Below are positions 48,361 through 61,045 of a stretch of DNA of 64,000 nucleotides, one piece after another. Under the pieces are notes generated by a model. It was given only the letters and a program-made list of their open reading frames with translations. It ran no database searches and was not told where the DNA came from. Source of the stretch: Parasitella parasitica NRRL 2501 (Eukaryota; Fungi; Mucoromycota); NCBI GenBank assembly GCA_025201805.1, contig MU619239.1, forward strand, positions 5,736-69,735, in the 5' to 3' direction. A program made the position numbers and the translations under genes. The stretch's first letter is position 1. Each line of letters opens with the position of its first letter.

Positions 48361-49207
48361 ATGCCAAAAATCAGTACAACAAGCACTACTGCTCCTACAA
48401 GACCCTTAATATTTCAACAATTGTACCAATTATTCTCGTTTACCTTTAAATGCATACAGTCAATATTATTTATTAAAGCTCAAACTCCTGTTACAAAACC
48501 ATCTACAACAGTGCATAATTCAATAGGTCTTCAGTATTATAAAGGAAAGACATTGGTATTAGACTTGGATGAAACTCTTGTTCACTCAGTAAGGTTTGGG
48601 ACAACTGAAGCAACTGTAAATGCGTCGATAAAGAAGAAGACGATTGAGGTTACCAGCGATAAACAAAGCATCTTGTATGAAGTCTACAAGAGACCGCATG
48701 TTGATTTCTTTCTGTCCACTGTAAAATTGCTCATTGTTTACAAACTACACCTTCATATACTTATCATTATATATAAACAGATAAGCCAATGGTACAACGT
48801 AGTCATTTTCACTGCTTCCATGTCTGAATACGCTGACCCTGTTATTGACTGGCTGGACCAAGATCAAATATTTATTAGTCAACGCTATTTTAGACAAGTA
48901 AAAAAATTGCCACAACAAATATTTGTACATCTGTCTCAATTCTCTCTACTAGGCATGTTTGCTTAAAAATGGAAACTTTCTAAAAGACATTTCAATCGCT
49001 GAATCAGATTTATCCAAAGTGTGTCTAATCGACAATAGTCCTTCGGCATTTGAGCTATGCCAAGAAAATGCAATTCCACTCCCAACCTGGATATCAAATC
49101 CTAAAGATGATTCTCTATTAGATTTATTACCATTGCTAGACGCATTACGATTCACTGCTGATGTTCGGAGTATTCTAAGCTTGCGAAATCCTACTAAATA
49201 CATGTAG
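48361..49207 (+). CDS. NIF/FCP1-like HAD phosphatase (Nem1/Dullard/SCP group)
   Basis: Contains LVLDLDETLVHS, YKRPHVDFFL, IFTASMSEYADPVIDWLD, IDNSP and D.SLLDLLPLLDALRFTADVRSIL. Two introns. Confidence 0.88.
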
Positions 49208-49914
49208 CTGTGTGATCAATATCTCCTAATCTGAAAGAAATTAACCTCCCTATCACAAGGTGTTTCACTTTTGTTGTAAATATAGTTTTTACTCTTCTCC
49301 CATCTTCATGAATTTTGCAGAACGTCTTATAGCATCGACTTGACTGAGCATTATTGAATGGTTTTTTTTATCAGAATATAGACCAATATAAGATATTACG
49401 AATGCATTTAAAAAAGAACATGAATATATTTACAAGTTTCTGGAGGACACATCGTTTCGTCATTGTATGCGCCTACAAACACAAATATGTAGTACTTTGC
49501 CAATTTAGAGTGAAAGTGCTATGCTTGCTGTGTCAGGCTGTTTCCAAGCAGAGCTCAGGGTACATTTATTATAGCTCTAAACACCTACCTGTGATGCCGC
49601 ATATCGTATATATCTGGCAGTTGTATATAGGCACTTGAACTACCCTCACAAAATCACAATTGAAGGAACGCCTGATGATGAAGTATGTTATTCATTGCGA
49701 GAACGTGGCATTAGGGCTTTGCTAAAGGGCTTGAATTTTTTCAAAAGTGATATTTGAGCCAAAATGGTCCTATGTCGCACGTGCGTCCCAAGGACGAGTT
49801 TGATTAACGAACACTTGTATCTAGTAATTATGCACATTCCAAGTGTACTGTGGGCCATCACGCTCAAAATATATAGTAATGAAGTGAACTATATAATTGT
49901 GATTCATGACCGTT

Positions 49915-50410
49915 TGATGTTATCTTGGTCCTTACAACAGTATTTTCTCCTTTCGTTGACCATCTTTTTCCTCGAATCAAGTTGGCATTGAAGCCTGCCT
50001 CGTCGACAAAGATACAATTAGTTTTGTATGAGATGCCAAGCTGTCAACTTTTTGATGAATATGTTTGTGAATGTGCTGAGTGGATAATCACTTTTCAGCA
50101 AGGTTAGGAAATTTCTTGAAGAGCTCGTCTCTGATAATACCTAATGTAAGCCGAGAGTCATCGTCCAGCAGGTGGATAATGTACTTGGTGTGCTCTTCGA
50201 GCGATCGAACTCTTCCTCCTCACGATTAGCCTTTTGCAGTTCCTCTTTCCATATATCAATCGACAATATGATTAATTGTGGAGCAAGACAAATTAAAAAG
50301 TTTCGCAATTTTAGTAATAGATACGTGTTTATCAAGATGCTTTTCAATTATAAGCTCCTTTACATGATCATTAATGTGAGCTTTTCTTGTTCTTTGCTCT
50401 TTTGAGGAAG
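49915..50410 (-). mobile_element. Tc1/mariner (IS630-like, DDE_3) transposase fragment, decayed
   Basis: Manual minus-strand reading gives an HTH (VSITKIAKLFNLSCSTINHIV), then EEHTKYIIHLLDDDSRLTLGIIRDEL and NCIFVDEAGFNANLIRGKRWS (first catalytic Asp motif). It has stops, frameshifts and a truncation, so the ORF track does not show it. Confidence 0.75.
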
Positions 50411-52798
50411 AAGTAACAGAGTTATCATTATTAAAGACATTTGAATAACGGTGGTACCGTATACTGCTGTAGCGGGTTGCATTTGCTCTTTCTTCATTTT
50501 AATTCTGAAATCAATTACTGTAACAGCTATTTATCGAACATCAGTTCATACAAAAGAAATCTTGCAGGCAACTAGTTTGGAAAAAAAAAAAAAAGTTCAA
50601 GTAAATGATAAAGGTCATGGTGATTGTGATAATATATTTCTGATAAGAAGCTTCTGAGAGAAGAGAAATGTCTCCCTAAAAATATTTTTAAATGGGGATT
50701 CCCATGTTTACAGAAAAAGAGTAATTACTTTGTTTCATTTATAGTAAAAAAATATAAAGAGAATGTGTCGTGAAATAAGCTATCTACATCATATCTTTGT
50801 GTTCAAGATAGTCTTTAAAAAAAGGTTACGGTTGTATAATGACAAACATCTGTGATTCTGGGTGTAAGTGTGTCTGTTTACTTTGTATCAAAAACCTTTG
50901 ATTGGATTCAGGAACGGAGAGCAAGGTTGGAGATAAGCTTTATTTATGTCCTTGGGATTTCATAGATTTTTTTGCAGATAACTTTTTATTAATGGGTGTG
51001 TTATCCTGGTGGCAGATTGTTTCCTTTTCTCTGGCACTTTCTTATAATTTCAGTTGATCTGGCGGCTTCTAGTCTGGAAGGTCTTGTCAGACAAGTACCA
51101 ATCTGGGTTCTCTATCCAGTTGCACAGTAGAACAACTACTCAAACCTGTGCCATCTTCTCCATAATATTGGAATGGTTCAAAAGTTTGTGTCTTTGTAAA
51201 GCCAGCTTAGATTTTAGGCGCCTGGTTTTTTTTTTTGTCTACGCGAACTTAAGTGTGCTATTGTCAGAAAAAGACAAAAACTGTAAGAAAACAATCTTTA
51301 GCAATCTTAGATACAAAATTAAGTAATACAAAGTAAGCCATTAGACTATAAGACTCCTTTTGATAACATATTTGCATAGCTTAGAGCAAATTTTGCACTT
51401 TTTAAGTTGACATAACATGAAAGTGTCGACTTTTCTCACTTTTTTCGGCAGAGTATTTTTCAAAATCGGAGCGTGAGATTTTCAGGCCAGATATATACAT
51501 GCAAATACTACCATTAGAAAGCCAAGAAGCACATCATTTAAATAAATTAGGTTTCAATTGTTTTTTTTTTACATTGGGTAAGCTATGGCTTCTCAAAGCT
51601 AATGCTTTCTTCAAAAAACACCATTTTTCTTCGAGGCGGAGATTAAACGCGTTCAAAATTTGGAAGGAAAAAATTCTTTCAGAAACTCAATTTGGACATT
51701 TCGAAACAAAGTTACTTCTTTGAGGCAAGATATCATCTTGTGACACTATGCATACCCCGGCTGTCAGTTTATGATAATAGCTGTATTTTTGTACGCTCTA
51801 CGCGATGGTATTATTTCATAATTCCCGTATGCTTATGGAAGGAATTATGTCAAAAAAATCTGAAAACAGATCAAGAGGGAAAAATCAATATTTTGCTTAA
51901 TCAGAGCGCATTTCCAGTCTTTCAGATCAAGGAATGGTCTTTTACGATCATTTTCTTCTAATATATGCTGTAGTAAAAAGTTGCAATTTTGGGGTCAAAA
52001 CCGAGGATAATGCCTAATCGACGATTTTGGATGTGTGGATACAAGGAAAAAAATGAAAAAATCCGTCATTTTGCATCGAAAAAAAAAAAGCATGCTCAAA
52101 TTGCACCAAAATCATATATAATATAGTTGTTTCCCAATGGATACTATTTCTGGTGTTTTCAGGACACTTTTGATTATGAAAATTAATCAAAAAATGGCAC
52201 ACAAAGCTAAAGTTCTTGCTTTTAAGCTGCAAAAAATATCTATCTGGAGATGATATCACGTCAATATCAATTCTAGTATATGACACGGCTTTACAAAATT
52301 AGTATTTTTGAGGCCACAAGTATACATTTCTTCGTAGTAATATGATCAAACAGGTGTGGCTCATCGAGTTTGGAAGCAGAAGAGGATAATTCATGAAGAT
52401 AATGTTTTGCCGTAATAACCCCTTGTTATTTGTGAATAATTCATAAGTTGCTAATTGCTAGTGATAGAGAGGCTTTATTACCATTGTTGCTTATAATAAT
52501 ACCTATCGCTCCTGCACAATGGCTGTTTCATCAAAAATAAAATAAGTAGGCCATCGCAATTTCGCAGATCATTATAAAATGAACTTTTCTTCAATAAACC
52601 AAAAAGACTGTACATCACCATCATTATTTTCAGTTTAGATCTTCTTCTTTTCAAAAGTGACTTTCACCAAATACTATTGATTTTCATCTTTTTGAATGCG
52701 AAATCTCAGAACTAAACTCTTTTTTTTTTTTTCCTTTCTTTAAGTGTACGAAATTATTCCCTAAAGTGTACGAATACGTACACATATTCACATAAGTT

Positions 52799-54128
52799 AT
52801 GGTAGCCCTTCGTCAATTGGAATTTTACTCAGGTATTGGAGGAATGGTAAGAGCTTTACTCTTTTCTTCATGTCTATAAATTTACCTGTCGTTTTTATGA
52901 TAGCATTATGCTGCGAAACTCGCTGATTGGGACGTAGAGATTATAAAAGCATTCGATATCAATACAGTAGCCAACGAAGTATAAAAAGAAATAGCCAAAG
53001 CGATGTAGCACCGTGGATACTTAATGACAGATTCCGTTTAGATTTATAGGCATAATTTCGATCCTAAATCTGTGGGACAAAATTTGATTGAAACACTTTC
53101 TACTACGCATTATGATACTATTGCTGCTGATATCTGGACCATGTCACCACCTTGTCAACCTTATACACGTATCGGTCTTCAACAAGGCAGTGTCGATGCT
53201 CGCGCTAAAAGCTTCCTGCATCTACTTGAGGTATTGGGAGAAATGAAACAAAAGCCCAAATATATCCTGGTTGAAAATGTGAAAGGATTTGAGGTATTTT
53301 AAAAAGAATTTGCTCTGTGATGATGCCGTTGTTGCTGACAGAATTTACTAGGAATCTGATTCTAGAGATATGCTTATAAACAAACTGACTCACTGCGATT
53401 ACACATTTCAAGAGTTTTTGCTGACACCATTACAACTGGGAATACCCAACTCAAGAATGAGGTATTATTTATTAGCAAAGCTAAAGCCATTGGGATTTGC
53501 AAAGCCTGTTACTGGTACAATCATCGGATACATTCCTCTTTCAACGCTTATGTCGACAGAATTTACAGATACAAGGGGTATATCTGACGAAGAAAATTTA
53601 GTTGATGAATCAGTGAATCCAGTTGATCCACTATCCAAGTACCTGGAACTTGACAGCTATTATGAAGAATATCTTGTCCCTGATAAGGTGCTTGCAAAGA
53701 ATAGCCATGTATTTGATATTGTGAAGCCTGATGGACACCGTAGCTGTTGTTTCACAAAAGGCTACTTTCACTATGCCCAAGGAACCGGATCAATTCTTCA
53801 AATGAACCCAGATATTGATGTAAGCTTAGTGACATTTGCTTGTAGATGCAACACTGACACTGGAGTATAGACTGCAGAAATTTTCTCAAAAGCAATGGCA
53901 TACAAAGACGTTGATGAAGCGAAGCAGTTGGAGTTATTACGCACCTTAAAGTTGAGATATTTCAGCCCAAGAGAAGTGTCTAATCTTATGGGCTTCCCTC
54001 AGGATTTTTCCTTTCCAGAAACTAGCACTATCAAACAAAAGTATAGGACTCTGGGTAATAGTATCAATGTAAGATTGGTATCAGAGTTGATGCGTTATTT
54101 GATGAAAGAAGGAAGTGCCCCTTTGTAA
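52799..54128 (+). CDS. DNMT2: DNMT2/TRDMT1 tRNA (cytosine-38-C5) methyltransferase, multi-exon
   Basis: Motif I LEFYSGIGGM, motif IV SPPCQPYTR, motif VI ENVKGFE, NSRMRYY, the DNMT2-diagnostic CFTKGY, and LRYFSPREV...LGNSINV. Confidence 0.93.
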
Positions 54129-54356
54129 ATAATAAAATTAGAAATATCAATTAGAAATATCTCGACGAGATACAGTTTACATGCTTCCCCTAAATTTGCA
54201 ATCCATCGTTGGAAAATGGCATGAAGACTAATCATTTGTATCACCAAACATACTTCTCGAGTGTTTGAGATTCAATTCGTGAGCATTCTTCTCTGTATTA
54301 AGTGTCCACCAAGCCTTTTTTTTTTTACTTCGCTTTCTTTTTACTTTTTCATTTCA

Positions 54357-56032
54357 TGAGCGAATATATAACCAATAAACCACCAACATTGATAGAAAGA
54401 GTGCTCACCTACTTTGGATTTGGAATCACTCCTTACAAAGTTAATTGTTGGTACTGCTGCCAGGATTCTTATATTTTGCCAGGTTCCAAAAACACAGTTG
54501 ATCAGTGGTATTGCAATCTGTGCGAAAGTACCAACATTAGGGACAAGGTAGGACTCGAAAAAAGATATAAAAATATTGTGCCAATATTCCTACTGTAATA
54601 GAATGGGGAAATTGCTGATCCCAAGCCATTTGAGCCACTCAATACTAAAAGTAGATGATAACCCTTGCAACTAAATACGATTACTGATATTTTTTTTTCG
54701 TTTCAAGGTGTGCCAGCTTTTCAACGATCAGCTTCGACTATCCAGGTCAAATCAGCAAATACACTCTGTTCTGATTGTGTTGCTAATCAAGAAATCATAT
54801 ATCGCCATCTTGCTGAATACATACCAGATGAAACTGTGGGTACTTAGTTATGGATAATAGAATTCAATTCTCAACCTTATAAACATATAGGACCCCACGT
54901 ATGAAATTAAATTCAATGATGTAGATGAATACAAATCAAAACTACACCAACGATATAAATTATGCAGGGATTGTCAAGATAAAATTAGAAAACTGAATGA
55001 AGATCAACGGGCTTTTATTAGGCAACAAAGATTCACTGCTTCTGTCCTCCAGAGCTCGCTTTCTACTGCACCCAAAAAACCTTCCATATATGTATTCCAC
55101 TTTAGAGGATTCTTGTGGTATACAGTTCATATATGGACCATCTTTTTTGGAAGCTTCTGTTAGTATGCTCGTGCTATTAATATCCATGTTTTTAACAAAT
55201 TTATAGGTATCCTGTTTCCTCCCCAAAGTGTCAATATCAACGTGCCTGATATACTGTTGCGCTCATATGATCCAACCAGCTTGCAAGACCTTGTAAAATC
55301 AATTGGCTGTATTTCAAGTTTGTGGGATACTTTCATCATGCCGTTGCAATGTATTTTATCAACTATAAGTGATGAATCCTGCTACTGGGCAATGGGCTTT
55401 GCTAATCTCTTCATTTTGGCTTTGATGACAATTTTATCTTTCGTTGTTAGAGGGTGGCATCATCTTTTAAAGGATACTACTACCGAAAAACTAATTCACT
55501 ATCGATTCTATAATGTATGATTTAAATGCAATCACTACATAACTTACCATTCATAGTTTAAGTTAGATCAGTCAGAAATCATTAATTCTGGTGCGGTGTT
55601 TGCTATTTGCATTCATCGTATTTATACCTAACAAGAAAGCAGAGATAGGGACACTGGCTATTTATATCATAGTAAGTGAATCAAATTGTTAAGCGAGCAG
55701 TGCTGGCTGGTAGCTTATATAGTTTAATTACTTTGCAGCTACTTCTGACATCGTATAACGTTGTCAAGTGCTATATTTGGCCATATGCAAGAATTGGTAA
55801 AAACAGCAGATCATTAGAAATAGATGAGGGTGAGAATGAGGACGAGTTTATTGAGGATATGGACATTGTCCCCAATGAATCATCGCCGCCGCAATTACCT
55901 TTACAGCAACAGCAGCATTATGAATATCATCAGCAGCACCGACAACAACAACAGTATTATCATTATCATCCACAACAGCAAGTGGACGCCGTTGACTCTA
56001 TCGTCAATGGTCTCCATCAAATAGCATTCTAA
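54357..56032 (+). CDS. IMA1: Inner nuclear membrane protein Ima1 (TMEM201/Samp1 family), multi-exon
   Basis: N-terminal CxxC pairs (VNCWYC, WYCNLCESTN, LCSDCVANQ, LCRDC) followed by several hydrophobic segments. Exon boundaries are approximate. Confidence 0.75.
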
Positions 56033-56173
56033 TAATCATCATAGACAGTTTTTAGATAATAGTTTCGAATAAATTCGCTTTGTACATTACAGCATTGGAT
56101 TACATATTCAAGAGAAAAAAAGGGTATGATAGTTATTTATAATACATGATTAAGGTTGAGGATGATTCTACGA

Positions 56174-57658
56174 TTAAGCAGTTTTTTCAAAACCGCGAAC
56201 AATGTCTTCAAGAGAGCGACCCTTAGTCTCTGGAACTTTGAAATAGGTAAAGACTAAAGCAAGAGCAGCAACACCAGCAAAGATAGCAAATGAGTAGCCC
56301 TTGATGCCATCAAAGATAAGAGGAAAGCATTGACCGATCAAAAAGTTCATGGCCCAGTTGACAGCAGTAGCGATGGCGCCAACAGCAGATGAAGCATAGA
56401 CAGGAGTCAGTTCAGAGGTCATCATCCAAGGAATGGGTCCAACACCAATTGCAAAGGCAACAACATAACCAAAGACAGAGACAATCAAGAGAGCACCAAT
56501 ATTATAAACATAGCCAATAATCAAGAGAACAGAAAAGATACAAGCACCAACTTCAGCAATCATGAGCAAAGGACGGCGACCCATACGATCAATCAAGATT
56601 AAGGAGAGGATAGTAGAAGCAAAGTTAACAACAGTAGTGACAATAGCCATGTATTTGGACATTTCCGCATCAAAAGCCATGTTGAAGATGGTAGTAGAGT
56701 AGTACATGACAGCATTCATACCAATCAATTGTTGAGTAATGTGAAGAGCAATGACAGTAAGTGCGATACGGCGAATGAGAGGATCAGTAAAGATTTGAAT
56801 CATGCTCATAGGAGAGCGTGCACCCTCATCTCGAGAGACAACACCATCTTCAAGCTGAGCGTCAAAAGATTTCTTGTCTTCAAAGGATGCAGTATCACCA
56901 ACAATAGCTTCAGCAGCAGCAGTACCCAACTGTCCTTCAATCATACCAAAGAACTCTTTATCGATGTTGGAATTTGGACGAAGTCTTTGAAGGCTTTCTC
57001 TAGCTTCTTCAATGCGATTTATAGAGACAAGATAACGAGGTGATTCAACGCAACCAGCCATCAAGAAGAATTGAGCAATAGCAGGAATAGCAACAATAGC
57101 GTAGTTGATTCTCCAGAGAGGAAAAGAAGCAAGAGGAAGACCGATAACAGAGGCGAGTAAGATACCAATAACTATAGCAAATTGGTTGCATGTACCCATA
57201 GTACCACGAGCCTTGATAGTAGATACTTCACCAATATATGTAGGAGTAGAGAGAGATCCAAGACCACAAGAGAGACCACACAAGACACGACCGATGATAA
57301 ACATAGCAGGATTAAGTGAGACACCGATCAATAAAGCTCCAATGATCCAGCCAATGTTGTTAAAGATGATAGTCTTTTTACGACCAAATTTAGTCTGGAT
57401 AGCACCACCAAAGAGGCCACCGATCAAACCACCCACACAGAAAGAGGCTACAGCAAAACCCCAAAGAGCATTGTTCATTGGAAGGCAATCAGGGAAGGCC
57501 TTGCTAGCAACATGAGCAGCGCCATTCTCGCAGGCATGAGTAACTTCACCAGGAACGTTAGCGGAGCCAATTACCCATCCATTACTGAATGACCCAAGAC
57601 AAGAGATGATTACACAGTAAACCATGTATTTTGGCATTTTGAGATCAACAGAGTCCAT
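56174..57658 (-). CDS. MFS sugar porter (GLUT-like hexose transporter), copy A
   Basis: Contains KFGRK, GRVLCG, PTYIGEVS...RG, ESPRYL, QQLIGMNAVMYY, DRMGRR, GVGPIPW and PETKG. Intronless; the likely start is MDSVDL. Confidence 0.95.
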   Translation of the reverse strand: MDSVDLKMPKYMVYCVIISCLGSFSNGWVIGSANVPGEVTHACENGAAHVASKAFPDCLPMNNALWGFAVASFCVGGLIGGLFGGAIQTKFGRKKTIIFNNIGWIIGALLIGVSLNPAMFIIGRVLCGLSCGLGSLSTPTYIGEVSTIKARGTMGTCNQFAIVIGILLASVIGLPLASFPLWRINYAIVAIPAIAQFFLMAGCVESPRYLVSINRIEEARESLQRLRPNSNIDKEFFGMIEGQLGTAAAEAIVGDTASFEDKKSFDAQLEDGVVSRDEGARSPMSMIQIFTDPLIRRIALTVIALHITQQLIGMNAVMYYSTTIFNMAFDAEMSKYMAIVTTVVNFASTILSLILIDRMGRRPLLMIAEVGACIFSVLLIIGYVYNIGALLIVSVFGYVVAFAIGVGPIPWMMTSELTPVYASSAVGAIATAVNWAMNFLIGQCFPLIFDGIKGYSFAIFAGVAALALVFTYFKVPETKGRSLEDIVRGFEKTA

Positions 57659-58470
57659 TTTGCTTGATAAAATATGATGTGAAGGAGGCGTTTTATTATA
57701 AAATCTATAATAGATATAATTTGATACAAAAAAATGGGCAAGGTGTAAATACCACTTCCTTATATATTCGATTTTGATCATGCATTTGTGGTTTTCTACG
57801 ATATGAACCCTGTTTTCTCTAGAAAACGAACATCTTTCTGAGTTGTTGAACATACGATATTTTGAATGTTTCAGTGGTGGATGACTTCCTTAGTTTTCTA
57901 AAAAAAAAAATTGTCGAGCAATTCTCCATCCATGAATAAGAAAGAGGAAAACAGGAAATACTTGTATGAATTGATGTGCGTAAATCGATATGGTTAGTTC
58001 CCTTCGAACTTATGTGTATAAATACATCACTAATAGTAAACTACAATTGTGTCTTATGAGATTCAGGGACAACCCTTGATTGGCAAGAAGCGGTTGGTTT
58101 CCACGGAACTGACTGGTTAATGATATCCTTATAATTACAGAATGTTTGACTATGCATTCGTTTATCTGAGGAAGCCTATTTACACTCAAATTATAAATGC
58201 GTTCATATTAACAAAATGTACATAAAAACGCTGTGGCTGTAAATGAACATAATTTTCATTGAAGCGTCCAAGCATTAGAGCACGATTCGTCACCTCATTT
58301 GTTTATATTTATGCTGGGATCAGTTGCTTGGTTTGAATGGAAATATAGGTGGAACTAGCAGCATTTTTGTTATCATTTTATATCCAAAATCAGTAGAAAA
58401 CGCAATCATTTAGCTTATAGATATATTTCATAATCATATTTTTGGTTTTCTCTATTTTTCTTATTTTGAA

Positions 58471-59106
58471 ATGGTCGCCAATGCCTATTTTATTGTATTA
58501 GCGATAGTCATATCTCTGTTAATTCACCACACTGATGCTTACTGGACAGTCAGAGAAAAATATGCTCCAAGAAAAGATGGCACATTTTGGGCCGAATTAA
58601 CCAAAATTGAATTTAATGGAAATGACTCAAGTGAAATCCAATGTCGAGTGAATACAAATCCCTTTCAAGACAAACGATCCATTATCTATGGAAGGAAATC
58701 TAGTTATCATGGCTGTGCTGGCATCGAAAAGGTTTCTCTTCATGGAAATAATCGAATATTGCATTATCTCACTGTATTAGGCTCTAATGAAGTTCTTAAT
58801 TGTGTGTTAGCCGAAAGGAATTCAGTCTATAAAGAGTATATTTGTGGCAATGCCATTCCAACTGCCCTACCTGTAGGTGAAATACCTGTGTCTAATTCTC
58901 TCAGTGCTGCTACCAGTACAAGTAAAGGAAAGATAACTGTTAGCACAACTACAATAACGTATGTACCTTCTTTCACCAATGGTGTTGCCTGTGTTATTGG
59001 CTATCTAGGAAGAAGAAATGGTGGTGGTCCAACTGGTGCTTGCTGTAGTCATAGTGATGATTGCCTTGATACATGTGTTCAGGGAGTCTGTGGCATCACA
59101 CCTTAG
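58471..59106 (+). CDS. Secreted protein with Ser/Thr linker and C-terminal six-Cys, Gly-rich module
   Basis: Hydrophobic signal peptide ending ...TDA, a four-Cys N-domain, an S/T-rich linker, and C-terminal CVIGYLGRRNGGGPTGACCSHSDDCLDTCVQGVC. Confidence 0.8.
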   Translation: MVANAYFIVLAIVISLLIHHTDAYWTVREKYAPRKDGTFWAELTKIEFNGNDSSEIQCRVNTNPFQDKRSIIYGRKSSYHGCAGIEKVSLHGNNRILHYLTVLGSNEVLNCVLAERNSVYKEYICGNAIPTALPVGEIPVSNSLSAATSTSKGKITVSTTTITYVPSFTNGVACVIGYLGRRNGGGPTGACCSHSDDCLDTCVQGVCGITP

Positions 59107-59560
59107 TTGTAAATGAATAAATGATCACACGGCGAATTACTACAACTGTACCTGAATAAATTATTGCCTGATTTTTGGCAAAACGAAAACAGTAAAAAAA
59201 TAGAAAAGACAATCTATAGGAAAATAACTGTGTATTATTTATTATTTCTGCTTCACTTGCCAAGCTGCATTTAACTTCAAACTATTCCTTGCTAAGTATA
59301 TCTTGAACTATAGCAAGACTTGCAGTTTGGAGATTGAAAATGAAACATCGTACCATCGTTCCTCTAAATATGTTGATCAAGGAAAAGTCAAGTTTTCTGG
59401 AGAAAACAGGGTTCATATCGTAGAAAACCACAAATGCATGATCAAAATCGAATATATAAGGAAGTGGTATTTACACCTTGCCCATTTTTTTGTATCAAAT
59501 TATATCTATTATAGATTTTATAATAAAACGCCTCCTTCACATCATATTTTATCAAGCAAA

Positions 59561-61045
59561 ATGGACTCTGTTGATCTCAAAATGCCAAAATACATGGTTT
59601 ACTGTGTAATCATCTCTTGTCTTGGGTCATTCAGTAATGGATGGGTAATTGGCTCCGCTAACGTTCCTGGTGAAGTTACTCATGCCTGCGAGAATGGCGC
59701 TGCTCATGTTGCTAGCAAGGCCTTCCCTGATTGCCTTCCAATGAACAATGCTCTTTGGGGTTTTGCTGTAGCCTCTTTCTGTGTGGGTGGTTTGATCGGT
59801 GGCCTCTTTGGTGGTGCTATCCAGACTAAATTTGGTCGTAAAAAGACTATCATCTTTAACAACATTGGCTGGATCATTGGAGCTTTATTGATCGGTGTCT
59901 CACTTAATCCTGCTATGTTTATCATCGGTCGTGTCTTGTGTGGTCTCTCTTGTGGTCTTGGATCTCTCTCTACTCCTACATATATTGGTGAAGTATCTAC
60001 TATCAAGGCTCGTGGTACTATGGGTACATGCAACCAATTTGCTATAGTTATTGGTATCTTACTCGCCTCTGTTATCGGTCTTCCTCTTGCTTCTGTTCCT
60101 CTCTGGAGAATCAACTACGCTATTGTTGCTATTCCTGCTATTGCTCAATTCTTCTTGATGGCTGGTTGCGTTGAATCACCTCGTTATCTTGTCTCTATAA
60201 ATCGCATTGAAGAAGCTAGAGAAAGCCTTCAAAGACTTCGTCCAAATTCCAACATCGATAAAGAGTTCTTTGGTATGATTGAAGGACAGTTGGGTACTGC
60301 TGCTGCTGAAGCTATTGTTGGTGATACTGCATCCTTTGAAGACAAGAAATCTTTTGACGCTCAGCTTGAAGATGGTGTTGTCTCTCGAGATGAGGGTGCA
60401 CGCTCTCCTATGAGCATGATTCAAATCTTTACTGATCCTCTCATTCGCCGTATCGCACTTACTGTCATTGCTCTTCACATTACTCAACAATTGATTGGTA
60501 TGAATGCTGTCATGTACTACTCTACTACCATCTTCAACATGGCTTTTGATGCGGAAATGTCCAAATACATGGCTATTGTCACTACTGTTGTTAACTTTGC
60601 TTCTACTATCCTCTCCTTAATCTTGATTGATCGTATGGGTCGCCGTCCTTTGCTCATGATTGCTGAAGTTGGTGCTTGTATCTTTTCTGTTCTCTTGATT
60701 ATTGGCTATGTTTATAATATTGGTGCTCTCTTGATTGTCTCTGTCTTTGGTTATGTTGTTGCCTTTGCAATTGGTGTTGGACCCATTCCTTGGATGATGA
60801 CCTCTGAACTGACTCCTGTCTATGCTTCATCTGCTGTTGGCGCCATCGCTACTGCTGTCAACTGGGCCATGAACTTTTTGATCGGTCAATGCTTTCCTCT
60901 TATCTTTGATGGCATCAAGGGCTACTCATTTGCTATCTTTGCTGGTGTTGCTGCTCTTGCTTTAGTCTTTACCTATTTCAAAGTTCCAGAGACTAAGGGT
61001 CGCTCTCTTGAAGACATTGTTCGCGGTTTTGAGAAAACTGTTTAA
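59561..61045 (+). CDS. MFS sugar porter (GLUT-like hexose transporter), copy B
   Basis: Same protein as copy A except LASVPL versus LASFPL and terminal KTV versus KTA. Confidence 0.95.
   Translation: MDSVDLKMPKYMVYCVIISCLGSFSNGWVIGSANVPGEVTHACENGAAHVASKAFPDCLPMNNALWGFAVASFCVGGLIGGLFGGAIQTKFGRKKTIIFNNIGWIIGALLIGVSLNPAMFIIGRVLCGLSCGLGSLSTPTYIGEVSTIKARGTMGTCNQFAIVIGILLASVIGLPLASVPLWRINYAIVAIPAIAQFFLMAGCVESPRYLVSINRIEEARESLQRLRPNSNIDKEFFGMIEGQLGTAAAEAIVGDTASFEDKKSFDAQLEDGVVSRDEGARSPMSMIQIFTDPLIRRIALTVIALHITQQLIGMNAVMYYSTTIFNMAFDAEMSKYMAIVTTVVNFASTILSLILIDRMGRRPLLMIAEVGACIFSVLLIIGYVYNIGALLIVSVFGYVVAFAIGVGPIPWMMTSELTPVYASSAVGAIATAVNWAMNFLIGQCFPLIFDGIKGYSFAIFAGVAALALVFTYFKVPETKGRSLEDIVRGFEKTV

Larger units (their letters stand above)
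56174..61045. repeat. Large inverted repeat: arms 56174-57827 and 59392-61045 (~1654 bp each), spacer ~1564 bp
   Basis: The arms are reverse complements of each other with only a handful of visible mismatches. Confidence 0.95.

Noticed and set aside
57659-59560. N-terminal extensions of the transporter ORFs in the track (559 and 580 aa)
   Set aside because: They run through AT-rich promoter-like sequence with TATA-like motifs. MDSVDL, preceded by caaa, is the plausible start.
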